A DNA stretch of 64,000 bases from an uncultured Porphyromonadaceae bacterium. GTDB taxonomy: Bacteria; Bacteroidota; Bacteroidia; Bacteroidales; Muribaculaceae. Location: positions 29,832-93,831 of the forward strand of contig URTA01000004.1 in the NCBI GenBank assembly GCA_900550645.1, given 5' to 3'. The position numbers and the translations under genes are program-made. The notes below the pieces were generated by a model, which was given only the letters and a program-made list of their open reading frames with translations, made no database searches and was not told where the DNA came from. Below, one piece after another: positions 9,557 through 21,145 of the stretch (positions are counted from its first letter, which is position 1; each line of letters opens with the position of its first letter).

Positions 9557-9692
9557 GATGATTTGGTCAGTGAATTGTTTTGCGCTGCAAAGTTACATCA
9601 ATGAGTTGAGAATATCGAATGTGTCGTGTAAAAAGTTACGGAGAATGATGATAATCTCCGTAACTTTTTACACGTCTGCCGTAGCGTTTGCG

Positions 9693-10727
9693 TCAGAAAT
9701 AGGTTTCTACAGCAAATAGGAACTGCTCGACGAATATGCGTTTGAAGGCGGCGATATTGTTCTGTTCGTAGAACATCAGCATTGCCTTTTTGTAGTCTAT
9801 TGAGTCTACGGTGCGGAATGAGATAGGGCAGTATCCGTTGGCTATCAGTATGGCGTTACTCGTTATCCGCGCAGTGCGTTTATTGCCGTCGGCGAAAGCC
9901 TGGATGTATGACAGCAGTACGAGGGAGAGCATAGCCTTTTCAAATATGTTCTCCTTGCCGTTGACCAGTGAGCATGTGTCTTCGAGGGCTTCCCTTATCT
10001 GGAACTCGTTGTCGAGCGGGCGGTAGTTTGTTCCGGTTATGCCGACACGGCGGTGACGTATATTGCGGTCTACGCCGAGGTCTTTGGTCAGGAGGGCGTG
10101 GATGTCTTCTATGCGGTGTACGGTGAGCTGCTGCATGTAGTCCGGCGTGTCAAGTACGAAGTCGAGGGTGTCCTTGTGGTTGAGCAGCATTATTGCTTCC
10201 TCCTTGGTCTTGCCCGATGCTGTCAGCCTGTCGCGCAACAGCCGTTCTGTTTCCAGCAGGGAATAAGTATTGCCTTCGATTTGCGATGATTTCCAGGACA
10301 GGTCTACTCCGAGGCGTTCCATCTCTTTGCGGTATTCAGTCTCGGTCATATTGGTGGTGTTTCGCTCGAATTTTTCTTGAGCGGCACGGAGTTCTGACAT
10401 CTCTTCAGAAGTGAACAGCTCCACATTTGGGAGAATGTCGCGTATGAGGTCGAAGTTGAAGAACTGTTGTATTTCGCGATCGTCGATGTCTTTGTCGAAA
10501 TAGGTCGCCATATCGAGTGGCATGGTCAGCTGTGCTTGCGGAGTAAGGCGGTACCTGACAGCCGGGCCTCTGCCGACGGCTTCAGCTTGCCCATTTTTGA
10601 CGACTGCGGCGAGCAGCCTTTTCATGGTGCTGTCGCTTGGCGTGTCTGCAATGCCGCTGGTTATTTCCGCTCGGCTTGACAGCGGGTGGTAGTGCAAAAA
10701 TTGCAGTATCTGTATGTCTGTGTTCAT
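9693..10727 (-). CDS. Fic/DOC family protein with a non-canonical active-site motif
   Basis: C-terminal Fic core with QAFADGNKRTAR in place of the canonical HPFx(D/E)GNGRxxR. N-terminal winged-helix-like region. Confidence 0.7.
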   Translation of the reverse strand: MNTDIQILQFLHYHPLSSRAEITSGIADTPSDSTMKRLLAAVVKNGQAEAVGRGPAVRYRLTPQAQLTMPLDMATYFDKDIDDREIQQFFNFDLIRDILPNVELFTSEEMSELRAAQEKFERNTTNMTETEYRKEMERLGVDLSWKSSQIEGNTYSLLETERLLRDRLTASGKTKEEAIMLLNHKDTLDFVLDTPDYMQQLTVHRIEDIHALLTKDLGVDRNIRHRRVGITGTNYRPLDNEFQIREALEDTCSLVNGKENIFEKAMLSLVLLSYIQAFADGNKRTARITSNAILIANGYCPISFRTVDSIDYKKAMLMFYEQNNIAAFKRIFVEQFLFAVETYF

Positions 10728-10851
10728 GCCGTATGGGTTTTATCGGCTCAAAGGTAGTGCTTTTTGGTGGTTTATCGGCTCAATTTGAGCTGATAAATGC
10801 GGTTTTGGGGGTTGAAATGAGCCGATAGTGGGTGTTGGACGGCGATTCGGG

Positions 10852-12075
10852 TCAGGTGGCGAGGGGTATCTCGATGCGGAATGTAGTGCCTACACCGGGT
10901 TCGGAGTCCTTGACGTATATGCGTCCACGGTGGTAGTCCTCGATGATGCGTTTGACGAGTGTCAGCCCAAGTCCCCAGCCGCGTTTCTTGGTGGTGTAGC
11001 CGGCATTGAAGACATTGCGGAAGTTCTTGCGTGCGATGCCCTTTCCGGTGTCTGTCACGTCGATGTATGCGAAGTTCTTTTCGCTGCCGGTGACGATGTC
11101 GATGCGTCCCTCGCCGTCCATAGCGTCCACGGCGTTCTTGGTCAGGTTCTCGAGCACCCATGCGAAGAGTGGAGGGGAAATCATGACGGGGTGGTCGTCT
11201 TCGCTGGGGTGCAGTTCCATGATGACCTTTCCGGAGAGTCGGCTGCTCATGTATTCCAGGCCTCGGACAGTAGCCTCGTTGATGTATTCGAGTTCCATGT
11301 CGGGGCGCGAGCCGATTTTGGAGAACCTCTCGGCAATCATGGATAGCCGGCGCACGTCCTTGTCGATTTCGGAAACGGTGTCGCGGTCGGTGCCTGTGGC
11401 TTCGAGGTATTGTGACCATGCCATGAGCGAGGATATTGGGGTGCCGAGCTGGTGCGCGGTTTCCTTGCAGAGTCCCACCCACACGCGGTTTTGTTCTGCC
11501 CGCTTGGTATATACGAAAATGCCGTAAATAACGAAAGCCACGACTATCATTATCACAAGCTGAATATACGGGAACTGGCTGAGGCGGCGCAGGAGTATAG
11601 AGTCTTCGTAGACTATGTACTGTCTCGTGTTCTCAAACCCTTTTACCTCGATGAAGTGGTCTGAGGTGGCGGCGGCTGCTGCTATCGACTTGCCGTTGCA
11701 CATTTTGGCGAGGCGTTTCTGCAGATACTCCTTGTTGGTGTCGGAGAGTTCGAAATAGCTTATCTTGTCATGGTCGGCATGGTCGGGTAGGTCAAAGTTG
11801 CGAAATTCGGTGATGTTGCCCCGGCTGTCGGCGACCATGACGGGAATTGTGTTGTTTTGCTGTATGATTTCGAGAATGAATTCGAAGTCGGCATCGTCGC
11901 TTGATGAAGCGAGTTTTTCGGTAGCCTTTGCCCAGATGTTCATCCGCTCGCGTTCCTGACGGGCGAGCTGTTTGACGAGGTTGTTGGAGATGAGCAGGAA
12001 CGCCGTCACCGCTGCGAGCGCAAGGGCGAGGAAAAGGAATTTCCATAGCTGGCGTTTGTCGTAGACTATCCTCAT
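10852..12075 (-). CDS. Sensor histidine kinase (orphan, two TM segments)
   Basis: H-box AHQLGTPISSL. N-box and G-boxes (DTGKGI, GWGLGL). The true start is the ATG at 12075 (MRIVYDKRQLWKF). The Arg-rich extension up to 12360 is an alternative-start artefact. It overlaps the upstream HAD gene stop by 4 nt (ATGA). Confidence 0.8.
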   Translation of the reverse strand: MRIVYDKRQLWKFLFLALALAAVTAFLLISNNLVKQLARQERERMNIWAKATEKLASSSDDADFEFILEIIQQNNTIPVMVADSRGNITEFRNFDLPDHADHDKISYFELSDTNKEYLQKRLAKMCNGKSIAAAAATSDHFIEVKGFENTRQYIVYEDSILLRRLSQFPYIQLVIMIVVAFVIYGIFVYTKRAEQNRVWVGLCKETAHQLGTPISSLMAWSQYLEATGTDRDTVSEIDKDVRRLSMIAERFSKIGSRPDMELEYINEATVRGLEYMSSRLSGKVIMELHPSEDDHPVMISPPLFAWVLENLTKNAVDAMDGEGRIDIVTGSEKNFAYIDVTDTGKGIARKNFRNVFNAGYTTKKRGWGLGLTLVKRIIEDYHRGRIYVKDSEPGVGTTFRIEIPLAT

Positions 12076-12923
12076 TGCTGTCTGTTCATGTCGTCGAGAA
12101 TGAACCGTGCCACGGCATCGGTGTCGTTTGTGTCGATAACGATGTCGGCAGCCTGCCGGGCTTCGGGCACGGCGTTGCCCACGGCTACTGCCACGTCTGC
12201 TATCTCCATTAGCGGCAGGTCGTTGACGTTGTCGCCGAAGGAGATTATCCTCTCCGCGCCGATGTTCCGGGCGAGGCGGCGGACGGCGTTGGCCTTGGTG
12301 GTCTGCGGTCCGAACACTTCGACTATTGACGTTTCCGGCCCGAATATGTCGTGGTAGCAAAGCGGCGTGACCGGCAGGGTCTTGATGCGCTCGTATGCGG
12401 CGCGAGCCTTGTCGTCGGGCTGCATGGCGTAGAATAGCACCACGTCTTCGAGGCAGTTAGGCACGCCGTCGGGCTGGCAGTCGAGGCTCTCAAAATGCTT
12501 GTATGGGTTGTCGATGCGCTCGGCGAGGAACTGCCGCTCTGTTTCTGACATTTCGCCGTAGTGGTATATCTCGATTTTGCCGTTCACGAGACGGTATATG
12601 AAAGTCGGAGTGCCGCATTCGCGGTATATCTCCACCATTCCCCTGACGGTGTCGGCAGGTATGCCGTATATGTCGGAGTAAATGCCTGTCGAAGCATCCC
12701 ATAGGGCGGCACCCGTCATTACCACGGCCGGCAGGGTCATGTGTATGCCGTCAAGCAGCGTGCTGACGGTCGCAGGAGTGCGAGCTGTGGCTACTGTGAA
12801 AAGCGCACCGTCCGCTATAGCGCGGTTGAGCATCTCGCGGCTGCGTGGGCTTACCACGGAGCTGGTGTTGAGCAGCGTGCCGTCGAGGTCGCTGACGTAC
12901 AGTGTCCGTGCCTTGCTGTTCAT
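12072..12923 (-). CDS. Cof-type HAD-IIB family hydrolase
   Basis: DLDGTLL motif I. Cof-like core. C-terminal GDNVNDLPLM motif IV. The likely start is MNSKARTLYVSDLDGTLL. Confidence 0.75.
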   Translation of the reverse strand: MNSKARTLYVSDLDGTLLNTSSVVSPRSREMLNRAIADGALFTVATARTPATVSTLLDGIHMTLPAVVMTGAALWDASTGIYSDIYGIPADTVRGMVEIYRECGTPTFIYRLVNGKIEIYHYGEMSETERQFLAERIDNPYKHFESLDCQPDGVPNCLEDVVLFYAMQPDDKARAAYERIKTLPVTPLCYHDIFGPETSIVEVFGPQTTKANAVRRLARNIGAERIISFGDNVNDLPLMEIADVAVAVGNAVPEARQAADIVIDTNDTDAVARFILDDMNRQQ

Positions 12924-12937
12924 GTCGTGTGTCTGTC

Positions 12938-13342
12938 TTACTTGTCCTTGATTTCTTCCCATTGCACGTCTGTCACTTGCTTTTCGATTATGATGCTCTC
13001 TTCCCCGGTGTCGCTGGTGCGTATGGATGTGTCGCTGCTGTAGTCGCGGTATTCCGTGAACTCCACGTCTTCGGCATATTCACGCGGTATTATCGGTCCG
13101 TCGTGCTGCTCGTAACCGTAGTCGGCATGGTGCGACGACGTGCGGTAGCCGGCGCTGTATGAGGTGTCATCATCCGCCGCGTTGTTGCTGCGCTGTTTCT
13201 TGTCGTGAGGAGGCATTCCCGTTGCCTTGCAAAACATATCCTCGACCTTGCGCTCTAAGGTGCGGTATATCCATTTCCGTATCAGCGGACGCAGCAGCCA
13301 TAGAGCCAATGGTATAAGTATCAGTATTATAAACACTGTCAT
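12938..13342 (-). CDS. DUF4834-like small membrane protein
   Basis: N-terminal single TM helix followed by a disordered acidic tail. It lies immediately downstream of pssA, as in the Bacteroides psd-pssA-DUF4834 arrangement. Confidence 0.55.
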   Translation of the reverse strand: MTVFIILILIPLALWLLRPLIRKWIYRTLERKVEDMFCKATGMPPHDKKQRSNNAADDDTSYSAGYRTSSHHADYGYEQHDGPIIPREYAEDVEFTEYRDYSSDTSIRTSDTGEESIIIEKQVTDVQWEEIKDK

Positions 13343-14061
13343 GGCTTGTTGTTGATTTGTTTGGTGCTAATGTTGTTTGCTATCGAGAGCAGCAGGTATG
13401 CCACTATCACCCACATCAGTCCTCCCACGCCGAGGGTTGCTGTGAGGACAATGGCTGCTGCTATCATTATCCAGCGGATGCGGTTGCCCTGCCAGCGCAG
13501 GTTCTTGAACTTGAGGGAGAACATGGGCAAAGGCAGTACCATAAGGAGGCTCGCTGCTATGATAATGAGCAGCGAGGGGATAAGTCCCAGCGAAGCTGCG
13601 TTGCCGCCGATGATTTCGGTCAGTCCTATCCAGAAAATGGCATTTGCAGGTATCGGCAGCCCAATGAACGAGGAGGTCTGCCGCTCGTCCACATTGAAGC
13701 GTGCGAGGCGCAACGCGCCGCAGACAGCTATGAAAATTGCTGCTGGCGCGAGGGTAGCGGTCTCTGGCGCGGCCTTCATGCACTGGTAGGCTAACATGGC
13801 CGGCGCAACGCCGAAGCTCACCAGGTCGCACAGCGAGTCGAGTTCCTTCCCCATCGGGGAGTAAGCGTGCAGCAGGCGTGCTGCCAGCCCGTCACAGAAG
13901 TCGGCGACAGCGGCGATGCCTATACATATATAAGCCCAATGCCGACAACTGAGACCTGCGCAGCAGGTGTCCGGGGACATTGCGCAGATTATTGCGAGGC
14001 ATCCGGCGATGAGGTTGATGCACGTTATCGTGTTGGGTATGTTGCGTACCAGTATGTTCAT
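13339..14061 (-). CDS. pssA: CDP-diacylglycerol--serine O-phosphatidyltransferase
   Basis: CDP-alcohol phosphatidyltransferase motif DFCDGLAARLL...G...D..CD. Multi-TM protein. Confidence 0.8.
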   Translation of the reverse strand: MNILVRNIPNTITCINLIAGCLAIICAMSPDTCCAGLSCRHWAYICIGIAAVADFCDGLAARLLHAYSPMGKELDSLCDLVSFGVAPAMLAYQCMKAAPETATLAPAAIFIAVCGALRLARFNVDERQTSSFIGLPIPANAIFWIGLTEIIGGNAASLGLIPSLLIIIAASLLMVLPLPMFSLKFKNLRWQGNRIRWIMIAAAIVLTATLGVGGLMWVIVAYLLLSIANNISTKQINNKP

Positions 14062-14101
14062 AGTCGCAGACGTTTGGTCGCGCCGCAGAGGGGCGCGGGT
14101 G

Positions 14102-14842
14102 TCACTGTGCAGCGGCGAAGCGGGCGAGGGGTGTCAGCCCGCCGCTCACCTTGTCGCCGATGTTTATGAGTATCTCGGCATCTGTTGGCAGGTAGATGTC
14201 TACCCGCGAGCCGAACTTGATGAAACCGAGGTGGTTGTCGATGCTTGCCTTGTTCCCCTTGCGGGCATACGTCACTATGCGCCGGGCCATCGCGCCGGCA
14301 ATCTGGCGGACGGTGATGCGCCGCCCCTTAGGGTCGCGTATGCCTACGGTGCTCCGTTCGTTGTCGGTGCTTGCCTTGGGCAGGTATGCCGAGAGGAAGC
14401 GCCCCCGGTGATGGCGGACATATTCGACATCGCCGTCGAGCGGGTACCAGTTGGCGTGCACGTTCAGCGGCGACATGAACACCGACACCATCACGGCTTC
14501 CCCTTTCAGGTACTCGCTCTCCTCAACTCGCTCTATGGCTACGACGCGGCCGTCAACGGAACTGATGACCATGTCCTCGCGCCGCCCGCGGTATTTGCGC
14601 GTGGGGCAGCGGAAGAAGTTGAATATGAAGCCGTAAGTCACCACGGAGACGAGGGAGCATAGCGGCGGAAGCACCAGCGGCGGCAGGTATATCCACGCCG
14701 GGACGTTAACGGCAATGAGCATCAGCGCGAGCACGATTAGTATGTTCGTGCCCTCGCGGTGTATTTTGACGCGCTGCCGCAGCCTGTCTCGCAGCTGTGC
14801 GCGGCGGCGGTGATGCTCTGTGCCTTGGATGTCTGCCTTCAC
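14102..14842 (-). CDS. psd: Phosphatidylserine decarboxylase proenzyme
   Basis: Psd family core with a C-terminal FGS(R)VD pyruvoyl-processing region. The exact start is uncertain and may be an alternative start codon. Confidence 0.8.
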   Translation of the reverse strand: MKADIQGTEHHRRRAQLRDRLRQRVKIHREGTNILIVLALMLIAVNVPAWIYLPPLVLPPLCSLVSVVTYGFIFNFFRCPTRKYRGRREDMVISSVDGRVVAIERVEESEYLKGEAVMVSVFMSPLNVHANWYPLDGDVEYVRHHRGRFLSAYLPKASTDNERSTVGIRDPKGRRITVRQIAGAMARRIVTYARKGNKASIDNHLGFIKFGSRVDIYLPTDAEILINIGDKVSGGLTPLARFAAAQ

Positions 14843-14863
14843 GGTCGGGTGTGTCCGGGTTGC

Positions 14864-17077
<2,214 letters not shown>

Positions 17078-17151
17078 CACACTGAAAAGCCGTTGACAAT
17101 CACTTGCTTGTGATGTCAGCGGCTTTCCTGTTTACGCGGCCAGAGATAGCT

Positions 17152-17187
17152 ATAATAGCCATGACAGCTATTATGGCTATTATTTTA
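17152..17187 (+). terminator. Hairpin ATAATAGCCAT...ATGGCTATTAT followed by TTTT
   Basis: 11 bp perfect inverted repeat read from the sequence, downstream of tRNA-Pro(UGG). A second GC-rich hairpin lies at 17085..17126. Confidence 0.5.
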
Positions 17188-17242
17188 GCGGCAGGGAGGG
17201 GCGATGTGTCGCGTACTCCCTGCCGTGTCTTTGCTGGTCGGA

Positions 17243-18628
17243 TTATTTCTGCTGCAGGTACTGGTCGATGGCCTTTGCGGCGCGTCGCCCTGCGCCCATG
17301 GCGAGGATTACGGTGGCTGCTCCGGTCACTGCGTCGCCTCCGGCGAAGATGCCGGGACGGGAGGTCTGCCCTTCTTCATCGGCTACGATGCAGCCTTTGC
17401 GGTCTGTGTCGAGGCCTTTGGTGGTGGACTTGATGAGGGGGTTGGGGCTTGTGCCGAGAGCCATTATCACCACGTCACATTCTATCTCAAACTCGCTGCC
17501 CTCCACGGGTACGGGGCTGCGGCGGCCAGAGGCGTCGGGTTCGCCGAGTTCCATGCGTATGCAGGAGATTGAGCGCACAGTGCCCTTGTCGTCGCCGTTG
17601 ATGCGCACGGGGTTGGTGAGCATGCGGAACTCGATGCCTTCCTCCTTGGCATGGTGCACTTCCTCGCGGCGTGCCGGCAGCTCGTCCTCGCTGCGGCGGT
17701 ATACGATGAATGCTTCTGCGCCGAGGCGTTTGGCTGTGCGTACAGCGTCCATGGCCACGTTGCCTCCGCCCACTACCACTACGCGGTTGCCGGTATATAT
17801 TGGGGTGTCGTAGCAGTCGTCGTATGCCTTCATAAGGTTGGCGCGTGTGAGGAACTCGTTGGCGGAGAACACGCCGTTGAGGTTTTCGCCGTCAATGCCC
17901 ATGAAGCGGGGCAGTCCCGCGCCCGAGCCGATGAATATCGCATCGTAGCCTTCATCGTCCATGAGCTGGTCAATGGTGACAGTGCGCCCGATTATCACGT
18001 CTGTCTCTATCTCCACGCCGAGGCGTTTAACGGCTTCAACCTCCTTGGCTACGATGCGGTCTTTGGGGAGGCGGAATTCGGGTATGCCGTATACGAGTAC
18101 GCCGCCCACTTTGTGCAGAGCCTCGAATATCTTGACTTTGTAGCCGAGGCGGGCAAGGTCGGAGGCGCAAGCGAGGCCGGAAGGACCTGAACCTACGACG
18201 GCTACTTTCTTGCCGTTCCACTCGGGTAGTTCGGGAGCTTCCTCCTCGTTCTGTATCGCCCAGTCGCCGGTGAACCGCTCGAGCTTGCCGATAGCGACGG
18301 GTTCTCCCTTTATGCCGAGCACGCACGCGCCCTCGCATTGCGATTCCTGGGGACATACGCGGCCGCAGACGCTGGGCAGTGAGCTGTCGCGAGAGATGAC
18401 GCGGGCAGCCTGGCGGAAGTCGCCGTCAGCGACGTTTTTGATGAATGAGGGTATGTCGATATGCACCGGGCAGCGTGTCACGCAGTGGGGCTTGGGGCAA
18501 GTCAGGCAACGAGATGCCTCCAGGCGTGCCTCGTCGGCGTCGTAGCCGTAGCATACTTCTTCGAAATTGGTTGCGCGGACTTTCGGGTCTTGTTCGCGCA
18601 CGGGGACGCGGGGTATCTTGTTAGCCAT
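17243..18628 (-). CDS. NADPH-dependent glutamate synthase small-subunit-like / NfnB-type FAD/NAD(P) oxidoreductase
   Basis: N-terminal 2x[4Fe-4S] Cys motifs (CLTCPKPHC, CPQESQCEGAC). Two dinucleotide-binding GxGxxG regions (VVGSGPSG, VVGGGNVAMD). Confidence 0.8.
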   Translation of the reverse strand: MANKIPRVPVREQDPKVRATNFEEVCYGYDADEARLEASRCLTCPKPHCVTRCPVHIDIPSFIKNVADGDFRQAARVISRDSSLPSVCGRVCPQESQCEGACVLGIKGEPVAIGKLERFTGDWAIQNEEEAPELPEWNGKKVAVVGSGPSGLACASDLARLGYKVKIFEALHKVGGVLVYGIPEFRLPKDRIVAKEVEAVKRLGVEIETDVIIGRTVTIDQLMDDEGYDAIFIGSGAGLPRFMGIDGENLNGVFSANEFLTRANLMKAYDDCYDTPIYTGNRVVVVGGGNVAMDAVRTAKRLGAEAFIVYRRSEDELPARREEVHHAKEEGIEFRMLTNPVRINGDDKGTVRSISCIRMELGEPDASGRRSPVPVEGSEFEIECDVVIMALGTSPNPLIKSTTKGLDTDRKGCIVADEEGQTSRPGIFAGGDAVTGAATVILAMGAGRRAAKAIDQYLQQK

Positions 18629-19475
18629 GGCAGTTGCATTTATGTTTTTCGGGGTCTGTCTTGGGTACGCCTTTGTACATGTTTTGGCGGCGCATAGCCT
18701 CGTCGAAGTCTATCTGGTGAGCGTCAAACTCGGGGCCTTCTACGCATGTGAAGCGGGTCTTGCCGCCGACGGTAACGCGGCACGCGCCGCACATTCCGGT
18801 GCCGTCCACCATGAGGGCGTTGAGCGATGCCATGGTGGGTATGCCGTACTTCTTGGTGGTGAGCGACGCGAATTTCATCATGATCATCGGGCCGATGACG
18901 ACGCAGCGGTCGAAGCGGCGGCCTTCGTTCTCGATGAGGTGTTCCATGAGAGCGGTCACCATGCCGTGGAAGCCTTCAGAGCCGTCGTCGGTGCAGAGGT
19001 GCACGTTTGCCACCTGACGCATTTCCTCGACGTATGTGAAGAGGCTCTTGGTTTTTGCTCCGATTATCACATCGGCTTTCACGCCGTGCTGGGCGAGCCA
19101 TTTGGCCTGGGGGTAGACGGGTGCAGTGCCCACGCCGCCAGCCACGAACAGGATGTTGAGGCGGCTGAGTTCCTCGTCGGAGAGTTCTGTCAGGTCGGAG
19201 GGGAGGCCGAGCGGGCCGGCGAAGTCGGCGAAGCTGTCTCCGGCGTTCATGTCGCATATTTTCTGCGAGGAGATGCCTATGGCCTGTGTGACGATGGTCA
19301 CGGTGCCGGCTTCGCGGTCATAGTCGCAGATGGTCAGGGGGATGCGTTCTCCCAACTCGTCTGTGCGTACTATCACGAACTGTCCGGGCATGGCCGAATG
19401 GGCTACCCTGGGGGCAAGCACCTTCATCTCGGTGATGCGGGGTGCAAGTTCACGCTTGCTTTGGATAGTGAACAT
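18621..19475 (-). CDS. Sulfide/dihydroorotate dehydrogenase-like FAD/NAD-binding subunit (NfnA-type, [2Fe-2S])
   Basis: Ferredoxin-NADP reductase-like fold. C-terminal Cys cluster CGACRVTVGGKTRFTCVEGPEF. It overlaps the NfnB-like gene by 8 nt. Start chosen at MFTIQSK. Confidence 0.75.
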   Translation of the reverse strand: MFTIQSKRELAPRITEMKVLAPRVAHSAMPGQFVIVRTDELGERIPLTICDYDREAGTVTIVTQAIGISSQKICDMNAGDSFADFAGPLGLPSDLTELSDEELSRLNILFVAGGVGTAPVYPQAKWLAQHGVKADVIIGAKTKSLFTYVEEMRQVANVHLCTDDGSEGFHGMVTALMEHLIENEGRRFDRCVVIGPMIMMKFASLTTKKYGIPTMASLNALMVDGTGMCGACRVTVGGKTRFTCVEGPEFDAHQIDFDEAMRRQNMYKGVPKTDPEKHKCNCHG

Positions 19476-19655
19476 AGGTTTTAGGTTTTCTTTTGTGCGT
19501 CGGCGGCGGTCAGGCCGTGTCTGCGTTGTTCCGTGTGTTAACAATTGTCTGCAAAGTTAACACCCTTTGCCGTGATAACCAAATGTCGGCAGTGTTTTTC
19601 TGCTATTTGGTGTGTGCGCGGACGCGTAGGGCTTGGCAGGGACGTTTTTTTTCGC

Positions 19656-19663
19656 TAATTTTG
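19656..19663 (+). promoter_or_regulatory. Bacteroidota sigma-A -7 box TAATTTTG about 5 nt upstream of the tcdA ATG (near-leaderless)
   Basis: Matches the TAnnTTTG consensus. Context is TTCGCTAATTTTGCCACTATG. Confidence 0.35.
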
Positions 19664-19668
19664 CCACT

Positions 19669-20454
19669 ATGATGAATGATGAGACAGCTGATGCTTCCAC
19701 CCGGTGGGATGAGCGCACGCGCCGCCTTTTGGGCGACGACGCTGCCGATGCTCTCTCTCGGGCGCGTGTCCTGGTGGTGGGCGTGGGCGGTGTAGGCGGC
19801 TATGCCGTGGAGATGCTCGTGCGCAGCGGCGTGGGGCATGTCACTGCGGTCGATGCCGACGCGGTGGACGTGACCAACCTTAACCGCCAGATAATAGCTA
19901 CTTGCGACACTGTGGGCATGGCAAAGACCGAGGTCATGGCCCAGAGGGCGCGGAGCATCAACCCGGATGTTGATTTCGAGATGCGGCAGATGTCCGTAAC
20001 CCCGGACAATGCTGCGGAGCTGCTGTCGCCGGGGTATGACTATGTGCTGGACTGCATAGACAATGTTGCCCCGAAAGTCGCGCTGCTGGCTTGCTGCCTG
20101 ACGAACAGGATACGGGTAATCTCGTCGATGGGCGCGGGCGGTCGCACCGACCCTTCGCAGGTGGTATACTGTGACTTGTGGGAGACTCGCGACGACGGTC
20201 TGGCAAGGGCGGTGCGCCAGCGGCTGAAGCGCATGGGGCTGCGACGCCCGCTGCCGGTGGTGGCAAGCAAGGAGCGTCCGCACACAGCGTCGCTCATCGA
20301 GGTGGACACGGCCTACAAGCGCACATCATACGGGACTGTCGCCCCGCTGCCGGCGACTTTCGGCATATTCATGGCGGCAAAGGTGACTAACGACCTCGCG
20401 GCGGTGGCCCGGCGCGGTGGCAACAATCAGGACGACTGTGGTAGAACTGCATGA
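19669..20454 (+). CDS. tcdA: tRNA threonylcarbamoyladenosine dehydratase (ThiF/MoeB/E1-like)
   Basis: GVGGVGGY dinucleotide loop. ThiF-family core. Start chosen at ATG 19669 (MMNDE). Confidence 0.75.
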   Translation: MMNDETADASTRWDERTRRLLGDDAADALSRARVLVVGVGGVGGYAVEMLVRSGVGHVTAVDADAVDVTNLNRQIIATCDTVGMAKTEVMAQRARSINPDVDFEMRQMSVTPDNAAELLSPGYDYVLDCIDNVAPKVALLACCLTNRIRVISSMGAGGRTDPSQVVYCDLWETRDDGLARAVRQRLKRMGLRRPLPVVASKERPHTASLIEVDTAYKRTSYGTVAPLPATFGIFMAAKVTNDLAAVARRGGNNQDDCGRTA

Positions 20455-21145
20455 CATATACAAGAGTTACGGCTCGCTGCGTGTGCTGGACGATATTAAC
20501 CTGACCATACACGACGGAGAGATAATGGCGATAGTGGGCCCGAGCGGCGCAGGCAAAACCTCACTGGTGCAGGTGGCAGGCACGCTCGATGCCGCCGATT
20601 CAGGCACGGTGCTGTATGACGGCGTTGACCTGACGAGGCTGCGTGACCGCCGCCTGTCGGAGTTCCGCAACGCCAACATCGGCTTCATATTCCAGTTTCA
20701 CCAGCTGCTGCCCGAGTTCACGGCTCTCGAGAATGCTGCGTTGCCGGCGATGATAGGCGGCGCGTCGCGGCAGAAGGCGTTGGCGCGGGCCGGCGAGCTG
20801 TTCGAGATGCTCGGCATAGCAGACCGCGCTTCGCACAAGCCGGCGCAGCTGTCGGGAGGCGAGAGGCAGCGTGTGGCGATAGCCCGCTCGCTGGTCAACC
20901 GTCCCAAAATAGTGTTTGCCGACGAGCCTACGGGCAGCCTCGACAGCGCGAACCGCGACGAGATACTCGCCCTCATGGCAGAGTTGAACCGCTCGCTGGG
21001 GCAGACATTTGTCATCGTGACCCATGACCCGGCACTGGCGGCGATAGCGCAGCGTGTGGTGTCGATGCGTGACGGGCGGATTACATCGGTGGAGGAGACC
21101 AATAATGACATAGGCAATGAAGCGCATGAAGGTGATAATGAATAA
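20417..21145 (+). CDS. ABC transporter ATP-binding protein (LolD/MacB-like)
   Basis: Walker A GPSGAGKTS. Signature LSGGERQR. Walker B IVFADEPTGSLD. H-loop. The start may be the GTG at 20417 or the one at 20438. Confidence 0.75.
   Translation: MATIRTTVVELHDIYKSYGSLRVLDDINLTIHDGEIMAIVGPSGAGKTSLVQVAGTLDAADSGTVLYDGVDLTRLRDRRLSEFRNANIGFIFQFHQLLPEFTALENAALPAMIGGASRQKALARAGELFEMLGIADRASHKPAQLSGGERQRVAIARSLVNRPKIVFADEPTGSLDSANRDEILALMAELNRSLGQTFVIVTHDPALAAIAQRVVSMRDGRITSVEETNNDIGNEAHEGDNE

Noticed and set aside
10772-11482. 236 aa and 172 aa ORFs inside the histidine kinase gene (both strands)
   Set aside because: Arg/His-rich low-complexity translations of alternative frames of a confidently identified HK gene.
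12076-12360. Arg-rich 95 aa N-terminal extension of the histidine kinase ORF (MLPRHIRAGN...)
   Set aside because: Alternative-start artefact of the ORF caller. It overlaps the HAD gene on the same strand in another frame. The true start is the ATG at 12075, which follows the upstream stop in an ATGA overlap.
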